DNA of 64,000 bases from a candidate division WOR-3 bacterium (GCA_039804105.1 JBDRZU010000001.1:320001-384000); one strand, 5' to 3'. Positions 1-8,903 are shown, counted from the first letter of the stretch. Made by a program: numbers and translations. The notes: generated from the letters alone by a model not told the origin.

Positions 1-404
1 TTGATAAGAGAATCATTTTCATACCTATAAAGATAGTAAATTTCCCCCAATTTAAAAAGTAAATAATTTTTAGAAATCAAAATTTTTTCAACAGTGTAAT
101 CCAATGACTCTGAAAAAATTAACGATGGAATGGAATCAATCTTATAAATTTCAAAAAAATTATCTTCATATAGAATTGAAAGCAAAGAATCTGTCTTTGC
201 TGTAGATTTAACATTTCTATCAAAAATTTTTACAGGAGTGAAATTGTTATCATCATTGAAAAATCCAATTTCTGTAATAAAGATCTTACTGTTTAAATTT
301 TTTAATGAGTTACCAATATCAACAATTTTAGAAAATTCATACGAATTTGAAAATAGTTTGAAATTTAAAACAAAAATCAATAAAAACAAAAAGATTCTAA
401 ACAT
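1..404 (-). CDS. Hypothetical secreted protein, N-terminal part (runs off the window start)
   Basis: My translation from ATG at 404 (MFRIFLFLLIFVLNFKLFSNSYEFSK...) is open to the window edge, starts with a signal-peptide-like segment and has a promoter just upstream. Confidence 0.75.
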   Translation of the reverse strand, partial: MFRIFLFLLIFVLNFKLFSNSYEFSKIVDIGNSLKNLNSKIFITEIGFFNDDNNFTPVKIFDRNVKSTAKTDSLLSILYEDNFFEIYKIDSIPSLIFSESLDYTVEKILISKNYLLFKLGEIYYLYRYENDSLI

Positions 405-411
405 ATTTAAG

Positions 412-439
412 ATTATATCTAATTGGAAATTTTAGTCAA
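412..439 (-). promoter_or_regulatory. sigma70-type promoter, likely leaderless
   Basis: TTGACT-16bp-TATAAT-7nt-ATG(404). Confidence 0.65.
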
Positions 440-447
440 CTTGAAGA

Positions 448-468
448 AAGAGGGGAAAATCCCCTCTT
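448..468 (-). terminator. Intrinsic terminator hairpin after pruA
   Basis: aagagggga-aaa-tcccctctt inverted repeat immediately after the stop codon, with pyrimidine-rich tails. Confidence 0.75.
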
Positions 469-472
469 CTTT

Positions 473-2044
473 TTAAACTTTTTCGCTGAACACTTTTGCC
501 TGTAAGAATAGCAAAAGATAATCAGGTCCACCTGCTTTCGAATCGGTTCCCGAAAGATTGAATCCCCCAAAAGGATGAACACCAACAAGTGCTCCTGTAC
601 AACCTCTATTAATGTAAAGATTACCTGTCAACAACTCTTCAGTTGCTTTTTTAATTTTTTGTCGATCTTTTGTATAAACTGCACCAGTTAAACCGTAAAT
701 AGTATCGTTTGCAATTTCTATTGATTTTTCAAACGATTCAGATTTTATTATCGCAAGAACCGGTCCAAAGATTTCTTCCTGTTCAAGTTTTGAAAGTGGT
801 TTTATATCAGCAAAAACTGTTGGTTCAATAAAATATCCACCATTGTTATCTATAGCTTTTCCACCTGTGATCAATCTACCCTCTTTTTTACCTTCTTCAA
901 TGTAGCTCATTATCTTTGCTTTTGAAGAAGCACTTGAAACAGGTCCCATATTGTAATAATGAACATCTGGAACCGGGAATTCTCTTGTGTCAACCACTTT
1001 TATTTTTTCAGTTTTTTCTTTTATCAATTGCACCATTTTGTCATAAACCTTTTCATGAATTATGGCTCTTGAGCACGCTGAACATTTTTGTCCTTGAAAA
1101 CCAAAAGCACTCTGAACTATTCCATTTGCAGCACTTTCAAGATCAGCATCATCTTCAACTATAATATAATCCTTTCCACCCATCTCAGCGACAACCCTTT
1201 TCAACCATTTTTGCCCTGGATTAACCTTAGATGCTCTTTCATAAATTCTCATTCCAATTTCCATAGAACCTGTAAATGAAACAAACCTTGTCAAAGGATG
1301 ATCAACAAGTGTATCACCTACCTCTCCACCACTTCCTGGAACAAAGTTCAAAACACCATCAGGTAAACCTGCTTCTTTCAATATTTCAACAAGTTTATAA
1401 GCGATAACAGGAGTATCTGATGCAGGTTTCAATACAACTGTATTACCTGTCACAAGAGCAGCTGTTGTCATACCAGTAGTTATTGCAAGTGGGAAATTCC
1501 ATGGTGGAATAACTACACCAACTCCAAGAGGTATATAGACCTGATGGTTATCTTCACCATTTATTTTTACAAGTGGTGTCTCTTGAGAGTATCTCAACCC
1601 TTCTCTTGCATAATATTCCATAAAATCTATCGCTTCCGATGTATCAGCATCCGCCTCAACCCAGTTTTTACCTATTTCAATAACCATTGTTGCAGAAAGT
1701 TCCATCTTTCTCTGTCTCATTATCTCAGCAGCTCTTAAAAGTATAGCCGATCTTTTTGCCTGACTCTCTTTAGACCACCATGAAAAATTTTTGTATGCCT
1801 TTTCTATAGCTTCGATTGCCTGCTGTTTTGTTGCTTTGCTCACAAGACCAACTATTTCAGATGGTTTTGAAGGATTTGTTGACTTTATTTTGTCCTGATT
1901 AAAGATCTCTTTACCATCAATAATGATAGGATATTCCTTTCCAAACTCAGATTCAACCTTTTTGATAGCATCTTTCATAAGTTTTTGTTCTTCCTGAGTT
2001 TTGAACAGGATAATTTTTGTGTTTTCAAAAGGTTTTGTTATCAT
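473..2044 (-). CDS. pruA: L-glutamate gamma-semialdehyde (1-pyrroline-5-carboxylate) dehydrogenase
   Basis: ALDH motifs PWNFP, FTGS, EMGGK, GQKCSACS, EEIFGP and PFGGFNLSGTDSKAGGPDYL, typical of the RocA/PruA family. Confidence 0.93.
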   Translation of the reverse strand: MITKPFENTKIILFKTQEEQKLMKDAIKKVESEFGKEYPIIIDGKEIFNQDKIKSTNPSKPSEIVGLVSKATKQQAIEAIEKAYKNFSWWSKESQAKRSAILLRAAEIMRQRKMELSATMVIEIGKNWVEADADTSEAIDFMEYYAREGLRYSQETPLVKINGEDNHQVYIPLGVGVVIPPWNFPLAITTGMTTAALVTGNTVVLKPASDTPVIAYKLVEILKEAGLPDGVLNFVPGSGGEVGDTLVDHPLTRFVSFTGSMEIGMRIYERASKVNPGQKWLKRVVAEMGGKDYIIVEDDADLESAANGIVQSAFGFQGQKCSACSRAIIHEKVYDKMVQLIKEKTEKIKVVDTREFPVPDVHYYNMGPVSSASSKAKIMSYIEEGKKEGRLITGGKAIDNNGGYFIEPTVFADIKPLSKLEQEEIFGPVLAIIKSESFEKSIEIANDTIYGLTGAVYTKDRQKIKKATEELLTGNLYINRGCTGALVGVHPFGGFNLSGTDSKAGGPDYLLLFLQAKVFSEKV

Positions 2045-2057
2045 ATATCACTCCTTT

Positions 2058-3383
2058 TTATTTTATTAGATCGTTAAGAAAACTGAAAATCTTTTTATCT
2101 ATCATTAGATTGTTTTCATAAGACCATAAATCATATTTATAGTATGAATTTAACCTTCTGTCAACATTTTTTATGAAGTAAACTTTACCCTTCAATTCAA
2201 AAGTTCTATCAATATCCTCTTTTTCTAAAATATCCTTTGAAAAGATGAACAAGAAATCGCTTCTTTTTTTATAAAATAATTCAATTTCATCAAAAGTCAT
2301 AGTGGTGTCAACAATTTCATATTTTAAAAATTTTTCATAATTTCTAAACAAATAGTTATTTTTAAAAGAAATTTTTTTATAAAAATCTTCAGCCCAAATT
2401 TTTATATCTTTTAGTGGTGGATTTATTAGAATCACTCGATCAAAATTTTCTATATTCAAATACAGAAAAAAATGATTGAAAGAGAGAAGATAAACTTTTT
2501 TGAAATCTCTTTTTAAAAAGTCAAATATTTCATTTATCGCTTTTTCTATATTAACACTATTAAGTTCCTTATTCTTAAATTCAAAAATAACAGTTGGAAT
2601 GTCCAAATTTTCTGAAATTTGGAGTTGAGTAAAAGGAGTTATACTGTTTGAGATGTTACCAAACATGTCAGAAGTGAATGTGAATGGGGTTATTAAAACA
2701 ACTGTATTCCTTTGATCGTTATAAGAAAGCAAAATGTTCGTATATTTTAGTTCTATAAATCTTCTATTTTTCTTTTTATAAAAATTCTCAGGTCTATACA
2801 TTCTGTTAACATTTATAGAATATGGGTTTTTAATCTCAAATATTTTATCGTTTTTGATATATCTGTAATTAAAATAATAAACAGAATCGATTATTCCATT
2901 TTTGTAAAAAATCGAATATGCACCAAAACCAAAAATATATTCATTGCCATTCCTTTTTACATTTAAAAATTCGTTTCTATTAAAATTGAAAACACTATCT
3001 TTTTTTATACCCCCCAAATATGAAACAGTTAAAATATTTTCTACTCCAATAAAATCGTAGGGTTTTATTTTATATTTTAAAAGTTTATCATAAAAAGATT
3101 TTTTTAAAATTCCATTATTGGACTCTATACGCTCAGGAAGAGCCCGGTCAGAATAGTATTTATAACATTTAAAACTATTTTCCTTAATATTCGTTTTCGA
3201 AAGATTATACTCCTTTGAAAAACCATCTATAAAAAGAGTCCTTTCTATGATCATGGAATTATATATTTCAAGATTCGAATATCCAACGATCTTATTTTCC
3301 TTAAATATTGTATAAGAAAAAATCTCTGAAAATAGATTCAAGTTAAATAGAGAAATAAAAACTAAAATCTGGAAAGATTTCAT
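2058..3383 (-). CDS. Hypothetical secreted protein
   Basis: 441-aa ORF with signal-peptide-like N-terminus, overlapping the upstream gene by 4 nt. Confidence 0.7.
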   Translation of the reverse strand: MKSFQILVFISLFNLNLFSEIFSYTIFKENKIVGYSNLEIYNSMIIERTLFIDGFSKEYNLSKTNIKENSFKCYKYYSDRALPERIESNNGILKKSFYDKLLKYKIKPYDFIGVENILTVSYLGGIKKDSVFNFNRNEFLNVKRNGNEYIFGFGAYSIFYKNGIIDSVYYFNYRYIKNDKIFEIKNPYSINVNRMYRPENFYKKKNRRFIELKYTNILLSYNDQRNTVVLITPFTFTSDMFGNISNSITPFTQLQISENLDIPTVIFEFKNKELNSVNIEKAINEIFDFLKRDFKKVYLLSFNHFFLYLNIENFDRVILINPPLKDIKIWAEDFYKKISFKNNYLFRNYEKFLKYEIVDTTMTFDEIELFYKKRSDFLFIFSKDILEKEDIDRTFELKGKVYFIKNVDRRLNSYYKYDLWSYENNLMIDKKIFSFLNDLIK

Positions 3384-3859
3384 GGAAAGATCAAAGTTGT
3401 ATCATTCAAAAGTTCAATATCGAGTATTAAACTTTCCTGGGAAAATTCTTTAACAAAAATTCTTAAATACCTTTCATCACTTGTTTTTACAAAATACCAA
3501 TTGCCTTTTGCAGGATACTCCATATCAAAATATCCTTCTTGTGGAGGAATATTATATTTTTCTGTTCCCATATTGTAAAATCCCGTGATCTTTTTATTTC
3601 CCTTTGAAAGAATAGTATCTTTGGATGGTGATAAAAAAAGAATTGAATTGGAAAAGAAGGATGAAACTATAATATCAGAAAATATTGATACTGTATCGAT
3701 TGTTAAAATCGAATCTTTTATAGAAATTGTAGATAGAGAATTGAAAGAATTATTGAATAATTTTACATCATCATACTTTTTAACATTTATAGTTTGGGTA
3801 TTTTTTAATGAACAAGAACCTAATATAACAAATAAAATTAAAAATATATTTTTTTTCAT
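3380..3859 (-). CDS. Lipoprotein with HmuY-like C-terminal motif
   Basis: Lipobox LGSC; WYFVKTSDERYLRI motif. Confidence 0.6.
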   Translation of the reverse strand: MKKNIFLILFVILGSCSLKNTQTINVKKYDDVKLFNNSFNSLSTISIKDSILTIDTVSIFSDIIVSSFFSNSILFLSPSKDTILSKGNKKITGFYNMGTEKYNIPPQEGYFDMEYPAKGNWYFVKTSDERYLRIFVKEFSQESLILDIELLNDTTLIFP

Positions 3860-3864
3860 TAAAT

Positions 3865-3896
3865 TAAAAAAAAGGAGGGTTTTTAAAACCCTCCTT
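3865..3896 (-). terminator. Intrinsic terminator
   Basis: aaggagggtttt-N-aaaaccctcctt 12-bp inverted repeat followed by a U tract on the minus strand. Confidence 0.85.
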
Positions 3897-3905
3897 GAAT
3901 TTTAG

Positions 3906-4460
3906 TTATTCTTCAACACCAAAATATCTTGTTCCGTCTGTCTGATACCAGTATTCAAATTTCACATAGTCATATGGAGATGCATATTCTGTTATATGCA
4001 ATTTTGCATAGTGACCATTTTCAAATTTTACCCAGTACCATGCATCAGCGTTAACGACAACTGAAATTCCAGTCATCGTTGCTGGCGCTGTTGTAACTGA
4101 TGTATCTGTTATAACTTCAAAATATGTTGTCTTTGGATTATTTGCTGAGCCCCAATAATAAACTGCTGAATCACCATCTGCTGAAACAAAGTAAGCGCCT
4201 GCGGAATAATCTCTATCATTATAATAAAAATCTATGACTCCACCATTTCCAGTAACAGAAATTGCTTCACCCTGCCCTGTTTCTGCATTTGAAATCCAGA
4301 ATCCTGATGGACCTGCCTGATCAAAATCGTACATTGTTGTTGTTGTTGAAGCAGCATAATATACAACAGTATCAGAATGGTCAACAACTGGTGGTTGGAT
4401 AATTGAACAGCCAGTGAATACTAAAACAAAAACAAATAAAATTGTTAACAATCTTTTCAT
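3906..4460 (-). CDS. Lipoprotein with HmuY-like C-terminal motif
   Basis: Lipobox FTGC; WYWVKFENGHYAKLHITEY...VKFEY motif; RBS GGAGG. Confidence 0.65.
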   Translation of the reverse strand: MKRLLTILFVFVLVFTGCSIIQPPVVDHSDTVVYYAASTTTTMYDFDQAGPSGFWISNAETGQGEAISVTGNGGVIDFYYNDRDYSAGAYFVSADGDSAVYYWGSANNPKTTYFEVITDTSVTTAPATMTGISVVVNADAWYWVKFENGHYAKLHITEYASPYDYVKFEYWYQTDGTRYFGVEE

Positions 4461-4469
4461 CTTTCCTCC

Positions 4470-4733
4470 TTACTTTGTTTTTGGTGGTGCTGTTTTTACT
4501 GGTTTATCTGTTGTGTTTGTTGGAGCACCTGTTGTTGATTTAACTTCTTCTTTTGGCATCAATTTCATGTTCAAAGAATCAACTGTTGTTTGAAGTTTTG
4601 TAACTGTTTCCTGAAGTTTTGCAACATCATTCTGTAATTTTTGAACATCTGTTTTAATTTGTGTGTCTGTGCAACCAGTAATAACGAAAAGCAAAATTGA
4701 AAATGAAATAATTCCCAAGAGTAGTTTCTTCAT
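4470..4733 (-). CDS. Small coiled-coil lipoprotein
   Basis: Lipobox ITGC, heptad repeats, Thr/Pro/Lys-rich tail, RBS AGGAGG. Confidence 0.8.
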   Translation of the reverse strand: MKKLLLGIISFSILLFVITGCTDTQIKTDVQKLQNDVAKLQETVTKLQTTVDSLNMKLMPKEEVKSTTGAPTNTTDKPVKTAPPKTK

Positions 4734-4752
4734 AAAACCTCCTTTTTCGAAA

Positions 4753-4780
4753 ATTATATATTGTAAAGACCAAATGTCAA
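4753..4780 (-). promoter_or_regulatory. sigma70-type promoter
   Basis: Perfect TTGACA-16bp-TATAAT. Confidence 0.8.
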
Positions 4781-4798
4781 TAGATTCAAAAGAAGTAT

Positions 4799-5160
4799 AT
4801 TAGGCGATTTTTCCTTTTTTTATCTACCTCTTCTGAAACTATTTCCTCTTGGCCTTCTAAAACCTTCCTCTCTTGGTTTTGCCTGGTTTACAACTAATTT
4901 TCTTCCTGCAACTTCTTTTCCATTTAATTCATTAATCGCTTTCTGTGCATTGTCATCAGCCATTTCAACAAAACCGAATCCCTTTGATCTGTTTGTTTCT
5001 CTGTCTCTGATAACTGTTACCGAGTTCACTTCACCGAAAACTTCAAATTCTTTTTTGAGTTCTTCCTCTGTCAATGAGAAAGATAAATTACCTACGTAAA
5101 TCTTCATTTGTTCTCCTTTTTCTTTTTAAATTGAATTTTATATATGGAAAATCGCCTAAT
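4799..5160. repeat. Inverted repeat pair flanking the RRM gene (arms 4799-4814 and 5146-5160)
   Basis: attaggcgatttttcc vs ggaaaatcgcctaat: 13 perfect pairs plus 2 G-C pairs after a 1-nt bulge. Confidence 0.85.
4820..5107 (-). CDS. RRM-domain RNA-binding protein
   Basis: RNP2 IYVGNL, RNP1 KGFGFVEM, Arg/Gly-rich tail. Confidence 0.95.
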   Translation of the reverse strand: MKIYVGNLSFSLTEEELKKEFEVFGEVNSVTVIRDRETNRSKGFGFVEMADDNAQKAINELNGKEVAGRKLVVNQAKPREEGFRRPRGNSFRRGR

Positions 5161-5206
5161 TTCATTTTCATCTGAGAATCTATTTTAATTGGAAATATCC
5201 CTTCCC

Positions 5207-5266
5207 TTAAAAACTTTTTGAAACATCAAACACTTCCGAACTTTTTTTTCTAATATAATTTTTCAT
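5207..5266 (-). CDS. Candidate leaderless leader peptide MKNYIRKKSSEVFDVSKSF
   Basis: ATG lies 7 nt after the -10 box, the same geometry as other leaderless genes in this window; 19 codons. Confidence 0.35.
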   Translation of the reverse strand: MKNYIRKKSSEVFDVSKSF

Positions 5267-5273
5267 TAAAAAT

Positions 5274-5301
5274 ATAATACACTAAAATTTAATTGTGTCA
5301 A
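5274..5301 (-). promoter_or_regulatory. sigma70-type promoter of the RRM gene
   Basis: TTGACA-16bp-TATTAT. Confidence 0.75.
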
Positions 5302-5315
5302 TAGTTTTTTTAAAA

Positions 5316-5399
5316 CGGAGGATGAGGGACTCGAACCCCCAAGGGCTCATCACCCGGCGGATTTCAAATCCGCTGCCTTACCAATTAGACTAATCCTCC
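5316..5399 (-). tRNA. tRNA-Ser(TGA)
   Basis: Cloverleaf, anticodon arm gcgga-TTTGAAA-tccgc, long variable arm, GTTCGAGTCC T-arm; CCA not encoded. Confidence 0.95.
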
Positions 5400-5408
5400 G
5401 TTTGCTCC

Positions 5409-5436
5409 ATTATATTTAAATCATCTTTCTTGTCAA
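5409..5436 (-). promoter_or_regulatory. sigma70-type promoter of tRNA-Ser(TGA)
   Basis: Perfect TTGACA-16bp-TATAAT. Confidence 0.8.
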
Positions 5437-5446
5437 TAATCTATTT

Positions 5447-6667
5447 TTATGAAAGGTTCTTTTTTAACAAAAAAAACAAGAATATTGATATTACCTGTGA
5501 AATTATCAAAAATGTTATCAATATACCTTTTGAAAAATCATACAAAAATCCAACAAAACTACTACCAAGGAAAAAAGATAAACCGTATATTAGGTTAAAT
5601 ATTCCATAACCAGTTCCCCTTTTTTTTATAGATGTTATATCAGCGATAGCAGCTTTCATTATAGTTTCATGTGCTCCCATTACTATTCCCCAGATGATCA
5701 CAGCGGTTAATACAAAATAATAGTTTAAAGAAAATGCAAGAGGTATAATAAAGGTTGTAAGAATTGGAATGACAACCAGAAGGTTCAACCCAGCATCCTC
5801 TTTTTTTGAATTTTCTTTAAAATTGTCATAAACCTTTCCAATTATGATTGCAAAAACTGCATCAACAAGCATAGCAACAGCATAAAAAAGTGGAATTAGA
5901 TTATCTGAAACTATTTTTGAATCTTTCATGTGGTAACCAATCAAAGCAAAGTTAACAAAACCAAATGTTGTTGTAAATGTGAACAGAGAATAGAGCCAGA
6001 AAAGTTTTGATAAACCTTCATTTTCAATTTTCCTTTCAACATTTTCAATATTGTAACCTTTATATATAAAATACACAGAAACAATGATTCCTATAAGAAT
6101 CAAATAAGGAATAAACATAATTCTATACGCTGATTGATAATCATGTAAACTTCTTTCACCAACACCTTTTGATAGAAAAAATAATGAGAATATCAAAGGA
6201 CCTGTTGTTGCTCCGATCTGGTCAAAAAACTCTGAAATACCAAACCCAACTCCTGTTCCAACTTTCTTTGTTGCAAATGAAACTAAAGTATCCCTTGCTG
6301 GACTTCTCAAACCTTTTCCCAACCTTTCAAGAACGATTAACATCGCAGCAATCTGCCAGATACCTGTTAATGAAAGTAAAGGAATAGAAATGAGCAACGA
6401 ATAACCTAAAAAAAGAAAAAACCAGTGTGCCTTTGTCTTATCTGAGAGATAACCTGAAAAGAATCTGAGTCCATAACCAATAAATTCACTGATACCTATT
6501 ATCAAGCCAAGCAAAGCCGCATTTGAGCCAAGAATTTTTAGATAAGGCCCATTAACTCCCCTTGCTCCTTCATATATTATATCACCGAACAAACTTATTA
6601 AACCAAAAAGAGTTATTATTAGAAACGCTTTTTTCATCTCTCTGTCAAGTTTTTCCCCGTTTCCCAT
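5447..6667 (-). CDS. MFS transporter
   Basis: About 12 hydrophobic segments, GYLSDK and ERLGKGLRSPARD motifs, RBS AGGAG. Confidence 0.9.
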   Translation of the reverse strand: MGNGEKLDREMKKAFLIITLFGLISLFGDIIYEGARGVNGPYLKILGSNAALLGLIIGISEFIGYGLRFFSGYLSDKTKAHWFFLFLGYSLLISIPLLSLTGIWQIAAMLIVLERLGKGLRSPARDTLVSFATKKVGTGVGFGISEFFDQIGATTGPLIFSLFFLSKGVGERSLHDYQSAYRIMFIPYLILIGIIVSVYFIYKGYNIENVERKIENEGLSKLFWLYSLFTFTTTFGFVNFALIGYHMKDSKIVSDNLIPLFYAVAMLVDAVFAIIIGKVYDNFKENSKKEDAGLNLLVVIPILTTFIIPLAFSLNYYFVLTAVIIWGIVMGAHETIMKAAIADITSIKKRGTGYGIFNLIYGLSFFLGSSFVGFLYDFSKGILITFLIISQVISIFLFFLLKKNLS

Positions 6668-6708
6668 ATATACTCCTTTTTTAAAAATTTTTCAAACTTA
6701 TCACAAAG

Positions 6709-6796
6709 CGGAGAGGCCGGGATTCGAACCCGGGGTACCCTTTCGGATACTCCGCATTTCGAGTGCGGTGCCTTAAACCAACTCGACCACCTCTCC
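6709..6796 (-). tRNA. tRNA-Ser(CGA)
   Basis: Anticodon arm ccgca-CTCGAAA-tgcgg, long variable arm, GTTCGAATCC. Confidence 0.95.
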
Positions 6797-7249
6797 TTTT
6801 TCTCTCAGTTCTTTAAAAAATTCTTTCAAAATTTTTATCGATTTTTCTTTTAAAACACCTTCTTTTATTATCAATCTATGGTTTGTTTTAAGATTTTCTA
6901 TATTTATCAGAGAATATATCCCACCAAACTTTTTGTTTCTACAACCAAAAACCACTCTATCGATTCTTGAAAGAATAATTGCAAAACTACACATTATACA
7001 TGGTTCAACATTTGTATAAATGGTACAACCTTGAAGACGCCAATCTTTTAACTTTTTTTGTGCTTTTACTATTGCATCAAGTTCAGCATGCATAATTGAA
7101 CTTTTTTTGATTTCGACCCTGTTATAAGATTTAGAAATTATTTCTCCATTTTTAACTATAATTGCACCGATCGGGATCTCTCCTTTTTTCTTTGCTTTTG
7201 ATGCTTCTTTTAAAACTTTTTCCATAAAATAATAATCGTCCTTTTTCAT
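6773..7249 (-). CDS. tadA: tRNA adenosine(34) deaminase; likely start at ATG 7249 rather than TTG 7285
   Basis: HAE and EPCxxC zinc motifs, GEIPIGAIIV; the TTG at 7285 is part of the -35 box. Confidence 0.9.
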   Translation of the reverse strand: MKKDDYYFMEKVLKEASKAKKKGEIPIGAIIVKNGEIISKSYNRVEIKKSSIMHAELDAIVKAQKKLKDWRLQGCTIYTNVEPCIMCSFAIILSRIDRVVFGCRNKKFGGIYSLINIENLKTNHRLIIKEGVLKEKSIKILKEFFKELREKGEVVELV

Positions 7250-7256
7250 AAAGTTT

Positions 7257-7285
7257 AATATAATATATAAAGGTGATAAGGTCAA
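7257..7285 (-). promoter_or_regulatory. sigma70-type promoter, leaderless tadA
   Basis: TTGACC-17bp-TATATT-7nt-ATG. Confidence 0.55.
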
Positions 7286-7292
7286 TACAGAT

Positions 7293-8903
7293 TTATCTTA
7301 CATAAAATAGAAAATTTTTCTTAATAATTTTGTTTTCACTTTTTAGTTCAAAGTATAGGATGTAAAGACCAGGGTGTAAATGTGAGTTCAAATTTTTGAT
7401 ATAAAGATTTTCGTGTGAGGAACTGATCCAATCTATATAAGGGGAATAGATCTCTTTTCCCATCTGATCAAAAATTTTTATGTTTAAAGTCGCTTTATAC
7501 ATATCAGTTTTATAATTTATAAAAAGTACTGGACTATTTTTATCAATTATTTTTGGAAAAACAGAAATCGAATCTTCAATCACAGGAAATGTACAGGAAA
7601 TTGAATTTTTGAATGAAGGAGTTGCGTTCAAATAACTGATGCTGTTATCCCAGTTATCCTTTCTATAACCTTCAACAAGATAGTTGATTCTTTCAATCGA
7701 AGAAGTTTTATTTTCAAAACCTCTTATAACAGAATCGAGTGTAAAATTTAGATATTTTAAAACAAATGTGTCTTCTCGATCAGGTAAAGAAAAAAGTTTC
7801 GTCTGAAATATGTTCATTTTTATATATGGAAAATAAGTTTTTAATGTGAGCGAATCCGAAGTTATCACAAGATATGAATCTTTTGGAATTACTCCGTTTT
7901 TCAAAACAACCGAATCATTTAATGTTGACAAAGTTAAATTTTCAAAATTGAAGTCAATTTTATAAGGATTATAGACCTCAAGCCACTCAAACCCTTTCAC
8001 CATAAACTCATTCAAACTTATTGAACCTGGATTAATATCTCCACCATATATATATGTTCTTTTTTGTTTTTCTCCAAGAGTACAAAAATTGAATATTCTT
8101 TCATTTTCAGGAAGTTCTATCTTTTCATAATTTTCATCTATAACAAAACTATCTATAAAATTTTCATACTCAACTATAAGTTTATCATCTTTAAAATCTC
8201 CAGAAAAATAAACTAAAAAAAATTTTTTTGAATTTTCTTCAACAAGTTTAAAAGAATCAATTATTGCTCCTGAAATAAATATAGAATTTTTTCTTCCTAT
8301 TGTATTTCCCGTTGAATCGAGTGATTCAGAATAGTAGATTTTTCCATCAGGAAAAACAGGATTCTTTTTTTCGAAAGAATAACCATCCTTTGTCTGATAA
8401 GGGAAAGAGTCGTCTACAGATGGTGTTCCATAAGTATCTATTAAATTATTGTTTTTATCATATAGGTAAAGTGAAGTCGAGGAAGTTAGCCCAGTTGTTC
8501 CAAATGTTGTATTTGAAATTGTAAAAACATAAGCAGAATCAGGAATTTTGTAAATCATATAATTAACACTGTCCCCTATCTGTGAATACTCTGGATCAAG
8601 AATAACAACATATGAGTAAGGCGGAACGAGAGATTCTCCAACTATACCACCAGGATATTTTAAACTATCAGGATAAAGAATTATGTAATCTTTTGAAGAA
8701 CCATCAAAAAAATAATAATTCAATATGTTAACACTATCTGATGAATTATTGTAAAGTTCAATGAATTCATTTCTATCGCCAGGTGAACCAATACCAGATT
8801 CATTCCCTTTGACATTGAACATTACCTCATTGAAAACAACTTTTGAACTCAACAAATGAAAATAGAAAAAAATTATGGTAATAAAAATAAATCTCATATT
8901 CAA
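7293..8903 (-). CDS. Secreted lamin-tail-domain protein with C-terminal sorting-like domain
   Basis: Two LTD-like units (VVFNEVMFN...EFIELYN; ISLNEFM...EWLEVYN, ATPSFKNS); C-terminal IKIFDQMGK...PGLYIL. Confidence 0.75.
   Translation of the reverse strand: MNMRFIFITIIFFYFHLLSSKVVFNEVMFNVKGNESGIGSPGDRNEFIELYNNSSDSVNILNYYFFDGSSKDYIILYPDSLKYPGGIVGESLVPPYSYVVILDPEYSQIGDSVNYMIYKIPDSAYVFTISNTTFGTTGLTSSTSLYLYDKNNNLIDTYGTPSVDDSFPYQTKDGYSFEKKNPVFPDGKIYYSESLDSTGNTIGRKNSIFISGAIIDSFKLVEENSKKFFLVYFSGDFKDDKLIVEYENFIDSFVIDENYEKIELPENERIFNFCTLGEKQKRTYIYGGDINPGSISLNEFMVKGFEWLEVYNPYKIDFNFENLTLSTLNDSVVLKNGVIPKDSYLVITSDSLTLKTYFPYIKMNIFQTKLFSLPDREDTFVLKYLNFTLDSVIRGFENKTSSIERINYLVEGYRKDNWDNSISYLNATPSFKNSISCTFPVIEDSISVFPKIIDKNSPVLFINYKTDMYKATLNIKIFDQMGKEIYSPYIDWISSSHENLYIKNLNSHLHPGLYILYFELKSENKIIKKNFLFYVR

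Noticed and set aside
238..435. 65-aa plus-strand ORF
   Set aside because: Antisense to the better-supported minus-strand gene starting at 404 and overlaps its promoter
4799..5160. Inverted repeats read as terminal repeats of a MITE/IS or invertible segment
   Set aside because: No transposase or recombinase nearby, no clear target duplication, and the cargo is a housekeeping-type gene; kept instead as an RNA-pairing hypothesis
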